A DNA stretch of 51,626 nucleotides, the filler included, from Sphacelaria rigidula (lineage: Eukaryota), in assembly GCA_964200075.2 (NCBI GenBank). It is 3 parts of 3 records of this genome, joined end to end, with 100 filler letters (N's around TTAATTAATTAA, not from the genome) between each part and the next. Parts side by side here need not be neighbours in the genome. Positions count along the whole stretch, not along the records: positions 34,487 to 51,626 come from CAXNAA020001158.1; 2 more parts are not named here. The stretch is one strand, 5' to 3'. The position numbers and the translations under genes are program-made. Within the stretch, counting starts at the first letter, position 1, and each line of letters opens with the position of its first letter. Positions 44,475 to 51,626 of this stretch are shown piece by piece. Under the pieces are notes generated by a model. The model worked only from the letters and a program-made list of their open reading frames with translations, did not search any database and was not told the origin of the DNA.

Positions 44475-45626
44475 TCATACCCCGCCTGATTTTAGCAGTT
44501 TTGAGTGGAACTTCCATTACGAGGAACTCTCACACGGGAGCTAGAAATTCTTAACGGAAGGAGCAAGGGTAAGTTTTTTTTTTTTCTCATCGAGTTATGA
44601 CAGACTTCTTTTCAAATTCAAATCGTTCTAACTTTCTGTTTTTCTCATAGAGTAAAAGCTGTTGCTTCCGTTACTTTTAACATGGTTATGACATAAATAT
44701 CGTGTCAGGATGTCAGCTCCCAACTCCCAAAATCTAGCAGGATCATCAGTGTTCAACCCTCAACAGGAAATCTCGACTAGCCCCAGCTCGTACTTCTCCA
44801 TGTATTCATTTACACTGCGGTGGCCCTCATCACACCGGTATGTGTCAGCAAAAAAAAAGGGTCTTATGAAGCGGTTGCCCTTATAGAGGTTGAACCCACT
44901 GTAAGGCCGGTTCCGCCTTAGAATGGCAACCAACTAAGCCGGGTCAGCCCTAACAAGGGCCATTGTTCACGATATAGTCAATGTCAGTGCGCGAGCAGGA
45001 AAAATATCGGCTGTGGCAAGACGTGCTCTGTATCATTGCTTGACCATTGACCCAAGAATATTGACGTTACCCCGAACGGTGAATGGTCGCCCGCTAGTGT
45101 TTCATGTAGGTTACACTTTGACTTGCGTATGATATATGTTGTCATGTGCAATCAACATATGCAGCCTTGGAATTGACGTTTGAGCACGGGTTTTGATGAA
45201 ACAAATTGAGGGCGGATTCGTGTTCGAGGATCCTTGGGAGTCTTCATCAGCATCGAAATATTTTCGAAATATTGACGTGAATGCACTCTACGGCCATGCG
45301 GTGTTGCCTCGCCCATCCTCAAAAGAACCCACACGTCGGACAGATGAGCTCCCTATAGTTCGAGCTAGATCTTTTTTAGCGTAGCTCCCTAGTGAGCTAT
45401 GAGAGCTACATGAGCTTCGCATGATTGCTCTGGTTGAGGTAAAGAGCTGCGGGAGCCACGCCGATCTTGGAGTATTTTTTCTGTTCCGATGCCCATGCAC
45501 GTTGATACTGTACGGTCGTGACGACGGCTAGATGTGCACACACCTGTGTTCCGTTTCGTGTGGCGATGGATTTGCTTTTTGTAAACATCAACATGACTGC
45601 ATCACAAGTCATCCGCATCACAGCCA

Positions 45627-45627
<1 letters not shown>

Positions 45628-45671
<44 letters not shown>
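45628..45671. repeat. (CA)n microsatellite
   Basis: Direct observation. Confidence 0.95.
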
Positions 45672-45673
<2 letters not shown>

Positions 45674-45862
45674 TCGCTCTGCAAGGCGACCGCGGGGGAC
45701 AGCAGCTCTAGCGGCGCTTCAGTCGGAAATGAATGAGGATATGTGTTGACTTCATTTCTTCCTATCGCGAAGAGTGAGGCAAAACACCACAACTTCATGA
45801 TATGTGACGTCATCCGTTCTAACAAGAATGTTACATCATAAGCGACACCGGGTTGGTCAGCG

Positions 45863-46516
45863 GTGAGCTAGGCACATGACGTGAGTGAGCTAAGAGCATG
45901 TGTCCCTGGGGTGAGCTACCGGGTTTAGCTCATCCACTCGTGTTTCCCCGGGGTGAGCAAAAAGAACTGCGTGAGCTATACATGTTTGCCTCGGGTGAGC
46001 TATCGAGCGTAGTTCATCCACATATGTTTTTCCTGGGTGAGCTATGAGAGATTCGTGAGCGACACATGTTTGCCCTGGATGAGTTATGAGAGGTGCATCA
46101 GCTACACATGTGTGCCCTGGATGACCTACCGGACGTCGCTCATCCGCACATCTTCCCCCTGGATGAGCCATGAGAGCTACATGAGCTACACATGTTTGCC
46201 CTACGTGAGCTACCAATCCGTAGCTCATCAGCTCATATTCGTCCTGGGTGGGCTATGGGAGCTGTATGAGCTACACACGTTTGCTATAGGTGAGCTACCA
46301 TCCCGTAGCTCATCAGCTCATATTCGTCCTGGGTGAGCTATGTGAGCTGTATGAGCTACACACGTTTGCTATAGGTGAGCTATCAACCCGTAGCTCATCA
46401 ACTCAGATCCTCCCTGAGTGAGCTACTGTATGAGAGCTGCATGAGCTACGCATGGTTGTCCTGAGTGAGCTACCAACTCGTAGCCCATCGACATATATTC
46501 GTCCTAGGTGAGCTAG
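45863..46516. repeat. GAGCTA-rich minisatellite, ~42-bp subunits forming an ~85-bp higher-order unit
   Basis: The unit GAGCTACC..CCGTAGCTCATCAGCTCATATTCGTCCTGGGTG.GCTATG..AGCTGTATGAGCTACACACGTTTGCTATAGGT starts at 46207, 46292 and 46377. Confidence 0.85.
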
Positions 46517-47525
46517 ATCATGAACTGTGCGACGTGTGAACGAATTCACCCGCAATTTGAAAAATCTCGTGTCTTATACAGAGCAATATTGACCTCCGTT
46601 CATTTCCTTACAAAATAGGCTGTTCTTCTTTGTCAGAATTCCTTGTGACCACGGGGTTTCCCAAATTGAAGATGAGATTGTTCTTCAGGATGAGCGAGGC
46701 CACACATCACGGCCGGATACTGCAGTGCATGTGCATTTTGTTTTCGAGAATATTTTAACGCTTCTTTGGTTGAACCAGCGAGTGGCTTACACATTGAACC
46801 AGTAAGCGCTTGCTAGTTCAACGGGTAAACTATTCGCTTCCTAAACATTGTTTCAAAAATCGAAATCTGTGGTTATTGTTAAAATCTCTCGGATGTGGTC
46901 AGGGTTGCGGTCGCGTTGTCGCTCTCGCTTGCAACTCGTTTCTTGTTCCGGTTTAAAAACAAGTACATGAACGTCTACTGCTACCCGTTAAGTGACAGGA
47001 GACGAGCTTGCACTCAATTTTCCAATCAAGGTTCACCGCTTTGTGGGGGCTGAAGCATCGTGCGTCGTAGAACTTCAGAGTGGGTAGAACGTGAATGAGT
47101 CCCAAAAAGTTGTCGAAAGTCGATGTGTTGACGCTTATATGGAGTAGTCATACTACGCTTACTGGAGGTCTCTAAAGACCAATTGAAAATCAATCTTCAA
47201 GCGAGGATCAACCGGAAACGTGGCCTAAAACCGCAAGAGAAAAGTCTGTCGGTACAGAAAATGAAGTGAACACCGGGGCGGGTTGCGTCTCCGCTCGCAT
47301 CTCGCCCGTCCTTCCGCACGCACTTGAACCCAAATCTGTGATGCTATCCGAAAAAAAATCCTCCTGCGCGAGCGAACGCCACAGTTTAGCTTTCACGTCC
47401 CCACATCATAAAAAAGCTCGAAAGATAGCATCTTTTTGAACGAGCTGGCCCAGCCTGGGCGCAGCTATCTGCAGGTTGCAGGCCAATTTTCAACTCAATT
47501 TTGAGATTTTGACTTCCAAAATTAT

Positions 47526-47571
47526 TGCTGCTGCTGCTGCTGCTGCTACAACAACAACAACAACAACAACA

Positions 47572-47612
<41 letters not shown>

Positions 47613-47619
47613 GACTACT
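47526..47619. repeat. Compound microsatellite (TGC)n(ACA)n(ACT)n
   Basis: Direct observation. Confidence 0.95.
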
Positions 47620-47969
47620 TCTACTATACCCCTGCTACTACGGTACCACTAAATATTCAATTTATCGTGTTGATCAAATGACGGTGCAGCAAAAAGTGCT
47701 GTGTGCCCAAACAGATTACTGCCAGGTGATCAGGTGGCGGTGTAGCAACAACAATCCCGTGCTGTGTGCCCAAAATGGATCACAGCCCTCTTGGAGAAGT
47801 CAGAAGATGAAAATGTGTTTTGAGTCGTTATTATCGTTAATACCCACACGTACGAAATTGGGTGAAAATATATGAGGGGAACGAGTGAGAGAAGATGGAG
47901 TAAAGCACCACCCTGTTGCGCCAGCCCACGTTCCAAAGTCTCCCATCGGCGCAAGAGCCAGAACTTGGA

Positions 47970-48245
47970 TTCCAATTCCATGAAGTGAATTTGGTTTTTG
48001 CTGCGGGTACAATTCGACTAACCGTTTTTTTGTGCCTCCATTGTTGCGACATGATTTCTGCGACTCCATCCTTGCGACATTTTTTGGGCTAGAGTCTTCC
48101 ACTCTAAAACCCCTATTGATTTCGGTTTCTCGGGGATACCTTCGTCAAACAGAAAGCAAACGCATCCTGCTCCAAGGGGCACCTGGACACACAGCAGTTG
48201 CCGCTGCCTACCTAGTATCATCCTCAAAATCGAAGTCTTGGATGA
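47970..48245 (-). repeat. Inverted copy of the dispersed repeat at 9310-9820
   Basis: The reverse complement aligns with ~9312-9385 and ~9612-9820. Confidence 0.7.
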
Positions 48246-51200
48246 GAATGCCCTGCGTGCAGCTGCTTGACGCGACCACTGCGCTCTGGCACTGAACCTT
48301 CCCCATGTACCCGACAAGGGAGACAACATCCCCGTACAGATAGTAGCAATGCTAGCGGATCCTACGTCCCGACAGTCTGGCAGCCGGCAAAGTGGTTATG
48401 GTAGTGTCCTTCTCGCGATATTAACTCACAGTGCACTGGAGCAGAGTTTGCAGGAATATATTTCCGCCATTGCCTCACCTGCAGTTCGCTCAGAATTTGC
48501 GGATTTTTTTTACGATTTCACTGAGTAACATTACATACATTTACATGTGGAAATGTACCAGACCCTCCATTACATGTTTTTCTTTTGTCACACTTTGAAC
48601 CCCTCCCCGTCCTCGGGACGAGCCCATGATCTCAGGGGATCTACGCATCTCTCCCCCGGTACATTATAAGTGGAGATGTACCAGACCCTGCATTGTATGT
48701 GGAAATGTACTCAACGATGGACAAAGATTTCTACAGTCAGTACGAACACGATGTTAAAAGTGTGCGCACAGTGTGTTGTATGTGTTGTCGTCCCATCTAT
48801 TCTGGACGCCGGCCCCCACCTTTCGGTATATGTGGGCGCACCAGCCGCGGCTGTGTTACCATTCAGCTTCGCCCAAAATACAGGCAGTCATTACAGCGCT
48901 GGAGGCGGCCTTTCACTCCTGCGTGCGCCACCTAGGGCAAGCGCACGCTGTAGCTGCAACACAGACAGCTTTTCAAAATGTAGCGTAGCGATATAACGCG
49001 TAGCGAGGGGTGATATCCTGCGTACACGTTGGCCGCAGATACAAGCAGCTGCGTTCATGATGTGGCGAACTGCACAGGACAACGCGAAATCAGTGCAGGA
49101 CAGGGATGAGCTAAGGATGTGACGTCGTGCGGTGTGTTTTGTCACCCTGCACCCTGTCGCTGTGCATTGAACAGGTAGTACCGCCGAATGCGTCACGCTG
49201 CGGTTGGTACACAGTGACGAACACAGCATAATCAGTATATTTCATGTACCGTACTTGTACATAAACCTGTGCTCTGAAGACCGATGCGCACACACAGCAA
49301 CTACTATCACCATTATCCATCGATCAGGGGGGCACCCCCCCCCTTCTCAAATAGGGTACCCAGGGATCCCCCCATCCTACCCCTACGGCCCCAGAATGAG
49401 GTTGGTGGTGCCGTCATTTCCCGTTATGGGGCCCCTCGCCCCAGCGTGCAGGTGCTTGACGCTTGACGCTGTCTCCTGTCTGCCCGAGAACAGCATTTTG
49501 CAACTTATAGTCTATGGCACACCGGGAAGGAAGTCGTGTACGTGTACTTGAAAACTTGCATGGTAGTGGCTGGGACTGGTGCGGGATGACCTAGCGGGAA
49601 TTTGCCGGGAAATGGCTCGCGGCTCAGCGCCGGCTTGCTGGGCAAAATGAAGGTGTAACGGGACAGAACCTGCTTGAATACATTAGCGGACGAAGCTCGC
49701 ATCACGAGCCAAACCTCCCACACACAGATTAGGGCAATCCAAAGTGATTTGAAAGAAGCGCGACTATGGCCGAGTGTTCAACCTCGGCACTGGCCCAAAA
49801 TTGAAGACCTCTCCAAAATCAGACGGAGGACTGGAACAAAAATATGGGACATGTCCTGTCTACTACTGGACCGCAGCAAAAATACTCAAGCCCTCTCTCA
49901 TGGGTTGGAGCTTCCACTGTCTGTTCTGTTGTGGTGTGTTCACGCATTGTAAAGACGGTTTGGATTGCATGAGCTGCGATATTGTCGTTGTGTGTCGCTC
50001 CAGAAAATAACGTTAATCGGCACGCAGCGCTGGCTCCACTCTGTTGAAAGCTTCGGTCAGGGCGACGGCGATAACACGAACACGATTCATGCTTCAATAA
50101 AACTTTACGCTTCCGTGCTACGACACATCACCATACCCCTGGTGCGTGCGGCAGACCTTCGTTTGAGAGTAAAAGGGCCCAGCCGAGACCACTCCGGTTT
50201 CACCGCCGAAATCCAAGACCGCAACGTCACAAACACCGAAATAAAGTGAAAGTGGAAGAGCCCTGGGCACAGGGTAATCTATACTCAAACAGTTCCTGAA
50301 AATAAAAACTCTTCACAATTTTCCGTTCCTCAACGACAAGGAACCTTCTGAATAACGTTCCCAAAAAACTTAAATACCCCGCACATCTCCCTTTCATGCT
50401 TGCTGGCTTTTGTTCGTAGGTGAGATATACTGCACACTCTCTCTAGCTGTATCGACTAAGAAGCCTAAGCATGACCTGATTATTTTCGAACAAACTACAT
50501 TAAATCGAACTCCCTACTATCATCCATTATCACGTAAGGCCGCTTCTTACAGGCTGAAAAAAGTCACTGAAAAAAGTCGTGTCGGTCAGTTTCCAGATAC
50601 TTTTTTCAGAACGCGACCTTACAGCTTGGGTCAACTCTCATGGCAGCCGTTAAAACCCCTTTTAAAAAAAGTTCAAACGCGTTTTTTCCTGCCACGATTC
50701 TGAACCGGTACCAACAAACACACTACGAGTTGGGCCAGCAGCGAACCCCGCATTCGCTTCCCCTACCACAACTTCTCAAGTTTCCCAAATCAAAGCGACT
50801 TGAGCATATCGCTGTGAACAGTAGACCAACCTGGTAACACACGGCACCGCCGCTGATCACTTGGCGCAGTATTGGCGATGGTGTTATTGTACTGCATTGA
50901 GTACCGGGTACGTCTCTTATCGTTGCGTGCCAGCGTGTCTGAAGATGTTTCGTTCCACAAAATGCGGTGGAATTACGACAAACAATTGCGCCGCATAGGC
51001 ACACGCACACCCGATATACGCAGTCAAGAGAGCACACTGGTAGTGCTGCAACATAGCATCAAGCTCATCAACAGCTTCATCATGGGAGATAATCTCCGAG
51101 TCGACTGTCGTATATCACATATCACCGCACGAGGGAGAAGTCTAATTGAAACTGCGCTATACCCCCCCCCCCCCCCCCCCCCCCCACCCACCCCAAAAAA

Positions 51201-51447
51201 AAAAACCCCCCCCCCCCCCCCCCCACACAGCGGAAAAATGCGAAAAGATAATTAACCAACGAGAAAGCCCCAGTCGTCTTTCCTTTATCCCATACCCCCC
51301 CCCGGGGGGGGAGTTTAAATGAAACTGCCCCTTCCCCCCCCCCCCCCCCCCCAAAGCAAGACCGTGATCAAAATATCCAGACCCTTTGCAACCCGGGAGG
51401 TACGAGAGATTATGCACGATTAGATGATGCACAAAATATTTTTCATC

Positions 51448-51535
51448 GTGTCGGGATTCGACTTCTTGACCTGTGTAATTTGAGGCTGTTGTATCAGTTT
51501 GACCAACGGGGCGCAGCCGTGTCACACAAAAAGTG
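51448..51535 (-). repeat. tRNA-like SINE head
   Basis: Minus strand GCCCCGTTGGTCAAACTGA..AAGTCGAATCCC; shares GGGGCGCAG..GTGTCACACAAA.AGTG with 44447-44474. Confidence 0.45.
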
Positions 51536-51557
51536 CGACGCGAAGACCAATTTGAGG

Positions 51558-51559
<2 letters not shown>

Positions 51560-51626
<67 letters not shown>
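51560..51626. repeat. (AAT)n microsatellite at the contig end
   Basis: Direct observation. Confidence 0.95.

Noticed and set aside
47525-47875. PolyL/polyQ ORF resembling a signal peptide
   Set aside because: It is a translation of a compound microsatellite.
51162-51352. Pro-rich ORF end and poly-C/G tracts
   Set aside because: Low-complexity homopolymer runs near a contig end, possibly of low sequence quality.

Overview
Eukaryotic, repeat-rich nuclear DNA, most likely from a brown alga (inferred from the EsV-1-7 repeat gene). The window is three separate contigs (17,146, 17,140 and 17,140 bp) joined by 100-bp N/TTAATTAATTAA linkers, so adjacency across the linkers is probably artificial. 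Contig 1 holds a decayed chromodomain-bearing Ty3/Gypsy element and the one long intact ORF. That ORF is a minus-strand, uninterrupted 2.6-kb frame with 17 near-identical 37-38 aa C-x4-C-x15/16-C-x2-H (EsV-1-7-type) repeats. Variation is concentrated at two positions per repeat, and the tail has a KRKR NLS-like motif and two SUMO-consensus motifs. It is the best candidate for an undescribed system: a modular TALE/PRDM9-like recognition array. Contigs 2 and 3 are mostly nested non-autonomous DNA transposons (8-bp-TSD hAT/P-type, piggyBac-like), tRNA-derived SINE-like repeats, simple repeats, two phase-compatible exons of a Q/H/P-rich host gene and a PHD-like Cys-rich ORF. No CRISPR array, rRNA or intact tRNA was seen.
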